DNA from: Camelus dromedarius | Taxonomy: Eukaryota | Reading direction: 5' to 3' | DNA length: 64,000 bases | Assembly (NCBI RefSeq): GCF_036321535.1 | Contig: NC_087436.1 | Location: forward strand, 13,268,001 to 13,332,000 | Shown: positions 1 to 11,645 of the stretch, piece after piece | How the letters are laid out: each line of letters starts with the position of its first letter | Position numbering within the stretch: position 1 is the stretch's first letter | Position numbers and translations under genes: made by a program | The notes under the pieces: generated by a model | What the model saw: only the letters and a program-made list of their open reading frames with translations | The model's database searches: none | Told to the model about the DNA's origin: nothing

Positions 1-129
1 TTCCTCCACTCCTGCCTTCACTATTCATGGAGAATCTTCCACAAGGCTTTATCTCCAAGGCTATGCAGGTGCAAAGGTGAGCAGTGATCTCTGCCCTCTT
101 GAAACTTAAAACCCCCTTGGGGAGATGAG

Positions 130-345
130 GGCTTAGTACTCAGATGGATGGAGAGTTTAATGAAGAGACACTTTACGAAGATGTCGGCGGTGTTAGGGGG
201 ACCGTAAGGGTTTGTGAAGCGCCCATGGATTAGCCATATGGAAAGCTATCACCGGCCCTAAGCCCAAAGGAGCAAAAGAAAGGATCTGAGACCCAGAGAG
301 AACTATAGCCACAGAGGAGGGGCTCTCTAGAAGGACCTGTGACCT
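130..345. mobile_element. Old ERVL-class LTR fragment (LTR16/LTR33-like)
   Basis: GAGAGTTTAATGAAGAGAC...TGTTAGGGG...GTGAAGCGCCC...CCCTAAGCCCAAAGG resembles remembered ancient ERVL LTR consensus; boundaries approximate. Confidence 0.4.
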
Positions 346-812
346 CATGGTCTCCACGCGAATGTTTTCTTGCTCCTTACTTCCCTCTGGCTCATCAATG
401 GCTCCCCTCCATCGTCTCCCTACAGCCTTAATTCAGCTCTTTATTCTTGTGTCTCTACTTTTCTCCATCGGAAAACGCCAGCCCTACCTAATAAGGGAGA
501 TATAAGTCCTGGCCCTTGACTTTTTCTCGTGTCTTATAAGCCAGCATCTTAAGCTTTGGTGAAATGATGATGGAAATTTTTTTTTTTTAATTTTGGCTAA
601 TTTTTCCAGCAGAGAAGGTGCAAAGGGTGAACCCTGCTATCACAAAGGAGCAGGGGAAGGGGGGTGCAGACTGTTAAGGTCCAGCTTCGTCTCACCACCG
701 GGAAGGGCTACACCCAGTTTCCTCATATCCCACCACAGTTAAATGTTCATTTTCCTCCCAAGGAGAGTCCAAAACAGCCTCAGGTAGAGAAGGAACATAC
801 CCCCTGTTAAAT

Positions 813-1365
813 TGTTAGGTAGTTAGACAAGTGGGGGCACATGGTAGGGAAGGTGCAGGAGAGGGAGGCTGGTCTGGAAGATGGTGTTGTGCCCACCTTC
901 AGCATAAAGGGGCTTTACTTCCTCTAAATGAGAGCCAGCAGGAAGCCAGTTAGACCCTGACAACTGCAACTGTGCAGTAGTGACAAGGACCTAACCAGAC
1001 ATGACCCAGTGCTCACTGTAATATAATTAACACTGTGATTTAGGTCCCCCCATGGGTTTTTCCATGTGCATCATGGGTAAGGACATGCACAAAAGGGGAC
1101 AAGCGTGACCAAGCACTCTGAGGGCAAGAGCCATCAACCAATCAAGAGACCACCTCTAAGTGAAGGTGTGAGAGAAGGGGGCAAACAAAGACCACTGCTA
1201 CCCGCCCTGGGATCAGCCCGCCTCCCGTCCTTGAAGGTGTGCTTTCCTTTTGCTAATAAAACCCTTGAAATCTTCTGCTGCACAACGCTTCCATCTCCCA
1301 TCAGAATGCTTATCTTTCGGGTAAGACAAGCAGTGGGGTCTTTCCCTTCCCCTTTTGGGATAACA
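813..1365 (+). mobile_element. ERV1-type LTR (553 bp) followed by a tRNA-His primer-binding site
   Basis: TGTTA...TAACA inverted termini, CCAAT at 1138-1142, AATAAA at 1255-1260, PBS-like TGGTGCC starting 3 nt after the end. Confidence 0.85.
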
Positions 1366-1368
1366 TCT

Positions 1369-1407
1369 TGGTGCCTTGACTCAGCTTCGAACCAAGGTTG
1401 CTGCTGC
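1369..1407 (-). other. Copy of the 3' half of mature tRNA-His(GUG) including CCA (extended PBS)
   Basis: TGGTGCCTTGACTCAGCTTCGAACCAAGGTTGCTGC vs reverse complement of mammalian tRNA-His TGGTGCCGTGACTCGGATTCGAACCGAGGTTGCTGC: 32/36 identical, two mismatches are CpG-decay type. Confidence 0.85.
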
Positions 1408-1765
1408 TCTAGTGCAGCCCTGGTGGAGGACTACACCTCCTGTTAAATGACTTGAGAAATAGCAAGCCCAGAAGTTTTGTTGTTTCTGATCCAGTTTATA
1501 TGTAAAGCCACCACACTAGCTGAAAAGAAGTTTGTCCATATCCTCATATCTGGGAGACGGCGGCCTTAGACTGTTAATTTTTAATCCCTCCCTACTGTTG
1601 GCCCAGGGTAAAGAAGAGACTCTAATCTGCTACAAACAGAAAGAGGAAGGGGAGAAATAGAAACAGGAGAGGACAGGAAAGTGGTTTTTGAAGAGAATGT
1701 GTAACAGATATTGGAATCTCTTCCCTAATTACTTCACACCTCTGATCATTAAAGAAATATTTATT

Positions 1766-2206
1766 GGTGTGGGTCGAGTTGTGTCTGCCCCTCCCCAAAT
1801 TCATCTGTTGAAGTCTTCACCTGCAGAAGGTGAACTTATTTGGAAGTACAGTCCTTGTGGATGTAATAAATTAAGATGAGGTCATGCTGGAGTAGAGCGG
1901 GTCCCTAATCCAATAGGTCTGGTGTCCTAAAAAAGGGACTTTTGGACACATACACACACCGCAGGGAGAATGCCACGTGCAGGTGAAGGCAGATGCCACT
2001 GTAATGCATCTAGAAGCCAGGGCACATCAAAGATGGCCAGCAAGAGGGCTGGAACAGATCCTTCCTCATGGCCCTCGGAAGGAACCGACCCTGCTGACGC
2101 CTTGATCTTAGACTTCTTTCCTCCAGAACAAGAAGACAATACATTTCTGTTCTTTGAGCCATAAAGTTTGTGGTCTTTTGTTATGACAACCATAGCAGAT
2201 TAATAT
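1766..2206 (+). mobile_element. MaLR LTR (MLT1A/B-like)
   Basis: CCCCAAATTCATCTGTTGAAGTC, TTAAGATGAGGTCAT, CCCTAATCCAAT, CTTGATCTTAGACTTC..CCTCCAGAAC motifs. Confidence 0.85.
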
Positions 2207-3722
2207 AATTTGAAACCTGGCACTTGAAATCTAGCCAGTGGGCATCCTGGCTGCAGCCTTGCGGCTGAGCCCGTCACAGGAGGAGCCTCTGCACCAGGAA
2301 AGGGGGCACTACTCTCCAGGGAGGGTTTCCAGGTCCACCATCACCTAGGCATGGCTGATTGTCCAGAAAGCCGCACAGGGAGGAAAGTTCCAGTCCTGAG
2401 CAGCCCCTTTGTGGAAATGCCAGGGTCTGGGCTCGCAAATTCTACTTTGATTCTTTCTCCACAGTGGTGGGCACCACCAGCATTCACTGATAAACCCGGT
2501 TACCTCTGTGGCATTCCCAGAACCATCCAGGATGAGGACTTTCTAAAATGTCTCACTTCTCACAGGCGGGTGAGCAGGAGAGTTGTTATTAATATTAATA
2601 AGGCCATGCCTATATTGATCAGAAATAAAATCAGAAAAGAAAAACTCAGAAAACCTGAACTCCTATAATAGTTTTTAAAGTGTCAGCCACTAGTGTTCAT
2701 TTATACCGCAGATCACATCTGTAAGTATCACCTATACTGCAATTCACATCTGTAACTCAGACAATAGTGCATCCCGCGGCAACCTAACTGGTTGACATTT
2801 CCTGGTGCTTTAAAGAACAGGGAGAAGTGGCTGAGTTCCCTAACCTACCACTTTTCTCTGTCTTCTCCTTGTCTGGCAGCTCTGAGTCAGCTGTCCTGGC
2901 CTCCCAGATTCATAGGTCTTAACTTTAATGGCCCTCATCAAATACTGTGCATAAAACCTAGTGCCTTCCTAAATGCTTCTACAAAGAGATGTAAAATCAT
3001 ACTCTCATTTAGGAAAAATAAAACGCTAGCCCTTCACATTTACCTGTACAGGTTAAGAGAGAGGAACCGGTGTAGATCATGATGGACAAGAAGGGGAGGG
3101 CAGACAGCCACCAAAGAGCCTAGAAAAATCCAAAGACAAGGGGGCCCAGAGCAAAATCAGACAGCTTAACAGTGGAAGATATATTAATAGCAAGAAATCA
3201 AAAGAGATGAGACAAATGAGATGGGGTTATAAGGGGCCCTACACAAAAACTTTCTGAATTTATGGCAAAGACTACTTCTAGCTCCCAAGCAGCTCGCCTG
3301 TAAAATGGTTCACATCCATTACCTTCAGTTATGACCAGCACAGGAACAATAAAAGGCACGCTGATCAAAACTCTATCGTCTCCTATTGTCAATTTTATAT
3401 TTAATTATGCTGTTTTGACACGTGCAGAATTCCATCAAAACGTCTTCGTGTACTTTCATGGGACTTACATTTAACATAAGCTATCTTTGGCTGACTTGGA
3501 AGAAACCCATCTCCAAGCCTGTATGCCAAGCTCTTCAGATGGGAGCTGCTGCCTGGAACGCAGTGTGGGGCTGGATGAGGTCAGTGATGGGTTGGCAGGT
3601 GATCAGCCAGCCTTGGACAGGGTGTTTCAAATAACCGCCTGTGTATTACTTTATAAGCTTCTGCAGTTTTGACTTTAATAGATTTTTAATATTTTAAACA
3701 TGTTTAAAGTTCACATGCTTTT

Positions 3723-4086
3723 ATTCTTTTTTTAAATTGAAGTACATAGTCAGTTACAGTGTGTCAATTTCTGGTGTACAGCAAGTGTCCCAGTCGTGCA
3801 TAGACATACATATATTCATTTTCACATTCTTTTTCATTAAAGGGCATTACAAAATATTGACTATAGTTCCCTGTGCTATACAGAAGAAATTTGTTTTTTA
3901 TGTATTTTTAATATATAGTGGCTAATATCGGCCAATCTCAAGCTCCCAATTTTATCCCCTCACACCCCCCTTCCCCCTGGTAACCATAAGATCATTTACT
4001 ATGTCTGCAAATCTGTTTCTATTTTGTAGATGAGTTCATTAGTGTCTTCTTTTTTTTCTTCTTCTTTTTTTTTAGATTCCACATAC
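3723..4086 (-). mobile_element. Young 5'-truncated L1 3' end with TSD
   Basis: T-rich tail at left, L1 3'UTR sequence, TSD AAAGTTCACAT(G/A)CTTTT at 3706-3722 and 4087-4103. Confidence 0.9.
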
Positions 4087-5269
4087 AAAGTTCACATACT
4101 TTTAGATTTTACACGGAGGCTCAGACTGGACCCAAGGGCTTTTATTTTGTCCTGCTATTGCAATGAAAATCTGTAGGACTTTTTTTAGCTCCATTGTCAC
4201 CACTGAAGAGCGGAGCCTGTGGCCAATCTTCCTGGGCCCTGTCTGAGCATGGTGACATCCGGTGATTTGACTGTGACAGCACTATGTACTCCACTGACAT
4301 TGCTAACTTCCAAGTCAGAGACCTGAGACCCTGCCTCTCCTTGGCAGCTATGAAGACTGGACGTCATAAAGGAGCTGGTCAAGGCCACATCAGCACCTCT
4401 AGAATTCAAATTCCAAGTTCTTTATTAACAGACAGACAGCACTGACACTTGAAACATACCACTAATTAAATGCCCAGATATGTAGAATATTGTCTTGGTA
4501 CCTAGTGAACAAAAGAATGCCTATTTTAATGAGTCTCTAAATATATTACCTACAGGGAGAGACAGAAGAAGGAAATGTGATCAATATGACTGACTTTCTG
4601 CTATTAGAATATACTTACCAGAAGTTATTTTTCAGCTGTGGCACAATGGCGTTAATGATGTTTTGATTTAGGTTTGTTAATACCAGCGGCGGCTTCAGTT
4701 TGTGATTTATGGACTTAAAGGATTTTGTCGGTTTTGAGAGATTTTTTTTCTCTGACGTCCCCCAGCTCATTCTGAAATGTCCAAGGTTTCCATTCTGTCG
4801 CTCCCTCCCCCTTGAACGTCCAGAGGAAGAAGTTGAGCACGGCAGGGGCGTAAGCAATGTCCTAATTCACAGAAAGGTGGCTTGAAAGCCCAGTGACCCA
4901 CACCTAGGTTTGTAATGGCAGAGCGATCCTCCTAATTTCCAGTTACTTATTCATTCAACACATCATTCTGAATCGATGACCTGGAATCATCATAATGATA
5001 AGGATTACTTTATAGTTTAAAAAGTGTTTCTGGGCACAGTATCTTCTTCCCGAGCCTCCGCCTTGTGAGGTAGGCGTTACTACCCTGAGCATCTCAATAG
5101 ATGTCTAAACCGCACATCTGCGGGAGGACTCAGGATGCCTTAGAGCACAGGGTTGGTGCCCAGCAGCCCAGGGCAGAGGTGCAGCTACAGCTCCGAGGGC
5201 AGAGAATCAGACGTTGGCTCATTTACTGGTTTTGTGTACAGTGAACATGTCTTCAGAGAGCCCTCTCGA

Positions 5270-5603
5270 TTTCCTTGCGTCTTCTTATTGTCTAGAGGCG
5301 GTCTGCATTCCTGGGCTCGTGGCCTCATCTTCTCCAAGTCCAGAAGTTTAGCATCTTCCAATCGCTCTCTGCTTCCTTCATCACCTGGTCTCTTATCTTT
5401 CCACTGACCTGCCTGCTTCTCTCTTATAAAGACCCCCACAACTACACTGGAAACACCCAGAAGCTTCAATTAACAAAAAGCTCAACTCAAGATCTTTAAC
5501 TTAATCACATCCACAGAATCCCTTTTACCATGTAAGGTAACACAGTCACAGGCTCCGGGATTAGGATGTGGACATCTCTGGGGCTGATATTCTTCCTACA
5601 GCA
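5270..5603 (-). mobile_element. MaLR LTR (MLT1C/D-like) fragment
   Basis: TTAACTTAATCACATC, CCATGTAAGGTAACA, GGGATTAGGATGTGGACATCT motifs. Confidence 0.8.
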
Positions 5604-5737
5604 GCGCCAATGTGTTCACACCACACAAGGGCCAGAATCACAGAATCACATTCCCCCACTTTGCCCTTCCTGGACAACTGCCTCACCTCTCTGCCAGCTA
5701 TTCCTACGAATTCCCTAGGGATAAATTTCGTATTCTT

Positions 5738-5895
5738 TTTTTAAGCTTTTTTAAATTTATTTTTTAAAATCTTATTTATTTTTAAATTATTTGGAGGGGG
5801 AGGTAATTAGGTTTTATTTATTTATTTATTTTCATGGCGGTACTGCTTTCATGCTAAGCACGCGCTCTACCACTGAGCTGTACCCTCTCCTCCCC
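5738..5895 (-). mobile_element. tRNA-Ala-derived camelid-type SINE with internal deletion
   Basis: Minus strand GGGTACAGCTCAGTGGTAGAGCGCGTGCTTAGCATG...(AAAT)n CCTAATTACCTCCCCC plus A-rich tail; TSD about 5723-5737 / 5896-5910 (13/15). Confidence 0.85.
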
Positions 5896-7639
5896 AACTT
5901 TCATATTCTTGCCTCCGGGACTCCTTTCTCAGTCGGGGAGCAGTGCAGAGGGTGCCTCTCGAAGGACAGTGCAGCTGTGTCTTCTTGGAAGTCAGTGATT
6001 TCCTGCAGCTCTCCTGAACTGGTTCAGGAAAGAAGTCACTGAAAGCTGGTGTTCCCAAGTTGTGGTCCTAGAGGCCACCAGCAGCAGATTCATCTAGCAC
6101 ATCTGGCAAACTGGACCATCTCTAGGCTGTATCTTCAATCCATAGCATGGGACTGAATGTGTGTGTGTGTGTATTTGTGTGAACAGTTTGCTTTAAGAAG
6201 GCTGCTTTAAAATAAGCTTATCCCCAAGGTAATGTTTTCATAAGGTTTGAGATTCTTTGGCTTAACAGACAGTATTAGCATCAGAGAGAAAAGCAAAACA
6301 TCTTTCTTTTGTCTCCAGAAAAGAATGCTTCACTCTCACCTTCCTGAGCATGACTTTTCGGGGTCTCCATCCCCCCCAGAGCACCCCTGAAGCTTCAATT
6401 AACATAAAGCTCTAAATCTGGCCATCACTACCATCAGTTTATCCAGATTCTCCCAAACTATTCATATTTGGCTTTAAAAAAAAACTCTCCTTCCTCAAAG
6501 CACTCTTGGGTATGTATTTATTCTTTTCATAAGTCAAATAAAAACATTTCTAAAATGTCTAACTCAGGCAACTGGAGATAGCCTGGAATGTTACAAAACC
6601 AAGGCAGGCCATCACCCACCGGGTATGTAATCTATTCGAGCATCAGGATGCATTTGTACAAAGATAAATAAAAAGTCAACAGGAGATTGTGAACGTGATT
6701 AATCACTGCCTTGACACTGAGTATATGCAGCTGTGGGCATGTTGGAAAAGGCCACAATGTACAGTCTTTGGATTGGCTCTCATTTATCTGATTACTTATC
6801 TGCATCGCAGCAAAAGAAACGGGAATTGTGGTCCTACCACTCGGAGCCCTTGAAGACCATCGGTCTTTGGGGAAAGGGCCAAAGAAGATTTGAGTGCTTT
6901 CTGCTGGTGTAATCCTGTCTAGAGCTAGTTCCAGGAAACACGCTCAGGGCACCACTGATTCAGTGTTTTGGGTCATTGAAATTGTGTGGCTCAGTCAGCA
7001 CATGCTTAATCCTGGAGAAAGGTGAAGCAGATAGTTATTAACATAGCTCAGGATGTCAGTGGCCCACAGTCAATATTCTGAGTTACTAAAGACATGGCCG
7101 TGATTTGATCTCCATGTTAAATCCACAAACCAAAAAACTACTTAAGCCTCTTCTATTTGTTCCACTGAGCCAGAAATCAAGCTTTTGTATTAGGGGTGGG
7201 TGGGTTTTGGGGTGGCCCCACGTTTTATATTTTGTGATTGAGTCTCCTCTTACACAGTTCCTATGAGGGAACCCCACCTTCGAGCTGCCAGGCTAATATG
7301 TTGGACAATTTGGCCATGTTTTTAAAGCGCTTACAAAAGAAAATGATGCTTGTTGGTGCCTCAGCCATGCCACAGGGAGAGGCTTTGTGAATTGAAAGCC
7401 TTGTCTTCAGAATTTTCAAAATGATGGCCAATTTAGCCAAATTGGGCAAAAGTGAATCAGGTTTCACAAATTTTGGAATGTTTATTTAAATCTTTAAAAC
7501 ACATGTTGCCACAGCTGTGTTGTAGCATAAAATTATGATGAAAATAACCCTAATGAAAATGACGGCATATTTATATAATGCCTTCCACCCACCAAGCTCC
7601 AAACCCGCGGCCCCGCTGATCTCATGAGGCCTGACTAAA

Positions 7640-7745
7640 TCCCTTTGAGCTGCAACGTAAATATTAGCTCCAATTTGCAGATGAAGAAATTGGGACATGG
7701 GCAAGACTATTTACAGCTAAGTAGATTAAGTTATAAGCAGCCTGA
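7640..7745 (-). mobile_element. MIR fragment
   Basis: ATTTGCAGATGAAGAAATTG core-like motif. Confidence 0.5.
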
Positions 7746-9128
7746 CTCGCCCATCTGTAGAATGCATTGCAATTTAATCAGAAACTCTGAAGCGGGCAGG
7801 AGGGAGAGGCATCCTTTCTCCAAGTTCCCATGTGGGTCGTCTTGTCCTAGCAATGGGGGGAGGGGGCAATGCAGAGTGTCATTCCAGAGATTTTTAGGCA
7901 ATATTCTTTCTAGGAATTCACTATATGGATCTATGGGCAGATATTAACTTCTCAAAACATAGCAGCGAGGGTGAGCATTGAGAAGGTGGCAGAAGGTTTT
8001 CTATCTGGGATTTCATGAATGGGAAACACAAGTCGTGGGAAGGAAAAGTCTAATTCAGAGCCCAGCACAGCAAGGACCAAAAAATCACCCCTGCATCTGA
8101 CCCTGCCCTTCTCCGCATTGTTCCTCAGCCTTCTGTCTTTTCGAAATTGGGGAATGGTAAGAACTTTTTACAAAATGTCCATTGTAGGCTCAAATATTTC
8201 AGTTTGGTCTACAGAACGTTGTCTTTTTCTACATCTAGATTCTCTTTAAGTGAGAGAGTTAACCCAAGCATGCAAGTGTCTTGCAGGTCAGTTGCCGTGG
8301 GTTTCTGCCAGCTAATAGCTCATTCCTGCCCATCCCCTTCTCCTTCTAGAAGGCAGCTGTGAGATACGACCTCATCGCCCAGGACTCAAACCCCAGCCTG
8401 CAAACCTGCGTGGTACCCGAACGCTAGACACTCTACCAAGTGCTAGTTTTAACTCTGCTTTCAGCAACATATTTTGAATTATAGCTCTGAAGCAGAAAAG
8501 AAAATTCTGCTTCATCTCTGCCAACCAGTATTGAAATTAGGTATGTGCTTTCCAAATGTAATAAAATAAACTGCCTTCCCTTCTAGTCGGAAAAAAATTC
8601 CATGAAGCCATTTTTGCCAAAACCTGAATTAAAATCGGCCCAGGAAGAGACAGTCTCTAGAAATAGAGGAGAAAAACAACCCTTTTGAATGTCACATAGC
8701 CTTTAAGTTTGACCTCTCAGAGTGCCACACTGCATTTAATTTTAGTAAAAATGTACTTACTTACACATGGAGGGAGGCTTTAATTTACAGACTCCTTTTG
8801 CAATGAGTAGGGCAAAAAGTGGAAATAGTAGGTCAGGCTAGAGACAGTCAAGGCTTTTCCTGCAGATGGACCCTGCCTCTCACTGGCCTTGGTTACTGAT
8901 TCACTTGTATGTGACTCAACCTTCCTGAATCCCGGATTTCCCATGCATAAAATGGAGATAAAATTGTGGTGAAGATTAAACTTTGACACAGAGTTTGCCC
9001 AGAGTAGACCCTGAAGGAATGAAGATTTCTTTCATTACCACCTTTCCAGCCACCAGTCCTCCATTAAATCTATAAAGGTCTCCAAAATCAGTATGTATTT
9101 AGTAGACTCTGTGTATGTGTGTGTGTTC

Positions 9129-9262
9129 ATTATTCTACTTCCCAGAGATAACCGCTCTTGATATTTTGGTGTTTTCAGTCCGCGCGCACACACACACACA
9201 CACACACACAAAATCAATACACCAAAATATCAAGAGCAATTATCTCTGGGAAGTAGAATAAT
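9129..9262. repeat. 44-bp inverted repeat (42/44) around a (CG)n(CA)n spacer
   Basis: Arms 9129-9172 and 9219-9262 are reverse complements except for 2 adjacent positions. Confidence 0.95.
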
Positions 9263-9816
9263 TCACAATTTTTTCTGTCTCCTTTGTCATTTTTTAATTT
9301 GCTAAATTTGCCATCATTTTAAATGGCGATGTACATTTCTAAAAGCTAGTTTTTAGCAAAAATCACTGTGTAGATACAGCTTCTTTGGGAAAAACAAAAT
9401 CCAGTTTTAAATATTGAGAGTTGTAAAAAAAAATAATAACTGAGAATTAGAAACGGCTTACCCCAAATTTTCAATTATCTGTGGAAGGAAACTGAGGACC
9501 AGAGAGACCATTTCATCCGAAGATTCCAAGCTGAAGTGAGGTTGGAAACCACTTCCTGGTGTGACTGGTACCCCAGAGCTCCCCAGCCTGTGAGCATAAA
9601 TGAGCTGGCACTTTGACCCTAAGTGTTCTGCTCAGTAATCCCAACTATTAGATGTTGTCCCTGTTCATTGATTCTACTGATTTGCACAGAGTTGTACATG
9701 GAACATTAAGTGATCTCTATAGTGGGCACCAAATTATTTGACATGTGTACAATTTATATTAAGGGCCTGGCCATCCCTACTTCTGTCAGAGGCCCAGAAA
9801 TGGGAGGCTGAGAAGC

Positions 9817-10554
9817 AGGGCCCCTAGGGTGAGGTGAATAAGGTACTCATTTCAGGCACCAGATTTAAGGGGGTGTCAAAGAACTCAGTAGTCAAATAAA
9901 TATTCTAATGGAATATTTTTAAAAAAATCAACATTGATGGAAAAATCCATCATGAAAAAAAATCAGAATTTTGAGTAAAGACAGTGTAGTATAATAAGAC
10001 ATGCCTACTGGTCTTTGTCTCTGATTCCTGGCAAAGAATCCCTAAAGCCCTTGGAATTTCCTGCCTGTCAAAAGCATCCTTTGTCATTCCTAACGTGGCC
10101 CTTTCAACTACACCTGAGTTTATCTTAATGAGGTGACCCTGGTGGTCAGCAGGCAGAAGTGAGGTGAACCTGAGCGCCCCACCAGCAGCTGACATCTCAA
10201 GTCGGGGGCAGTGCTGTGGGTCTGAGCCCTTAACCCATGGGGTCTGCCTAACTCCAGGAGTTAGTGTCAGAAGTGAATTGAATTGTTGGACCCTCATTGG
10301 TGTTGGAGAGTTGACGCACTGGTGTGGAAACGATGACAAGGATACAGTGTTGGGGAAAGAAACACACACATTTAGTGGCAGGAGTGATGTAAGAAGCATC
10401 ACACAGAAAGGACCAGTTACGCTGAGGAGCCAGGCCTAATAGAGCCAGAGACAAGAGGCAGAACAGTCCCATCTTTATTGAAAAGTTTGATATTTTGTTT
10501 ATCACGGATAGCTGGCATCAATTTCTTTTTACATGTTGCACTAAAATATTTATC
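9817..10554. mobile_element. Internally palindromic hAT-type MITE (MER96B-like), split by an LTR and truncated by L1
   Basis: CAGGGCCCCTAGGGTGAGG...ATTTAAGGGGGTGTCAAAGAACTCAGTA start; 10470-10554 is a diverged reverse complement of ~9895-9984. Confidence 0.6.
9985..10401 (+). mobile_element. MER21-like solo LTR
   Basis: TG...CA ends, GACAG/CACAG flanks, GGTCTTTGTC..TTCCTGGCA..CCTAAAGCCCTTGGAATTTCCTG and GTCAGAAGTGAATTGAATTG motifs. Confidence 0.75.
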
Positions 10555-11488
10555 CCATCATCAACAAGATGAAAAGACAAACTACAGAATGGGAGAAAAT
10601 ATTTGCAAATGATGCGACCAACATTGAAAAGTTTGATATTTTGTTTATCACGGATAGACAAACTACAGAATGGGAGAAAATATTTGCAAATGATGCGACC
10701 AACAAGGGACTAAATTCCAAAATATTCAAACAGCTCAAATAGCTGAATATCAGAAAAAAAAAAAAGCAATCCAGTCAAAAAATGCACAGAAGACCTAAAT
10801 AGATATCTTTTCAAAGAAAACATCCAGATGGCCAACAGACACATGAAAAGATGCTCGATGTCACTAGTTGTTAGAGAAATGCAAATCAACATTACAATGC
10901 AGTGTCACCTCACACCAGTCAGAATGGCCATCATTAAAAAGGCCACAAATGATTAATGTTGGAGAGGATGTGGAGAAAAAGGAAACTTCCTACACTGTTG
11001 GTGGGAATGTAAATTAGTGTAGCCACTGTGGAGGACAGTATGAGCATTCCTTAAAAAGCTAAAAATAAACTTACCATATGATACAGCAATTCTACTCCTG
11101 GGCATATATCCAAAGAAAAATGTAATTCAAAAAGACACCTGCACCCCAATGTTCATAGCAGCACTATTTACAATGCCAAGACATGGAAACAACCCAAGTA
11201 TATATATGCATACATACATACAATAAAATACTACTCAGTCATAAAAAAGAATAAAATAATGCCATTTGCAGCAACATGGATGGACCTGGAGAATGTCATT
11301 CTAAGTGAAGCCAGAAAAAAATAACATATGTTATTGCTTATGTGTGGAATTAAAAAAAGAGAGAGAGAGAGAACACAAATGAACTTATCTATAAAGCAGA
11401 AACAGACTTGCAGACATAGAGAACAAAATTATGGTTACCAGAGGGTAAAGGAGGTGGGAAGGGATAAATTGGGAGTTCAAAAATTGCA
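10555..11488 (+). mobile_element. L1 fragment (ORF2 C-terminal region and part of 3'UTR), degenerate
   Basis: GAATGGGAGAAAATATTTGCAAAT, GAAATGCAAATCAAC, ACTGTTGGTGGGAATGTAAATT, GCAACATGGATGGACCTGGAG; stops and frameshifts present. Confidence 0.95.
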
Positions 11489-11489
11489 C

Positions 11490-11645
11490 CTCTTGGGCAG
11501 TGATGGAAATGTTAGCTATCTTGATTGTGGTGGTGGTTTCATTGGTGTATACATCTATCAAAATTCATCAAGTTGTACATCTGAAGTATGTGTAGTTTAC
11601 TGTACTGAAACCATACCATGTAAAGGTGTTAAAAAAATAAAAATG
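11490..11645 (+). mobile_element. Ancient L1M (MB/MC/ME-type) 3' terminus
   Basis: GTGATGGAAATGTT..TATCTTGATTGTGGTGGTGGTTTC..TGTATACAT..TCAAAATTCATCAA then A-rich tail. Confidence 0.75.

Noticed and set aside
1369..1407. Functional tRNA-His gene
   Set aside because: Only the 3' half is present, with encoded CCA and mutations, so it is a reverse-transcribed copy
2702..2755. 31-bp-period duplication sharing TCACATCTGTAA
   Set aside because: Two diverged copies only; ordinary slippage duplication
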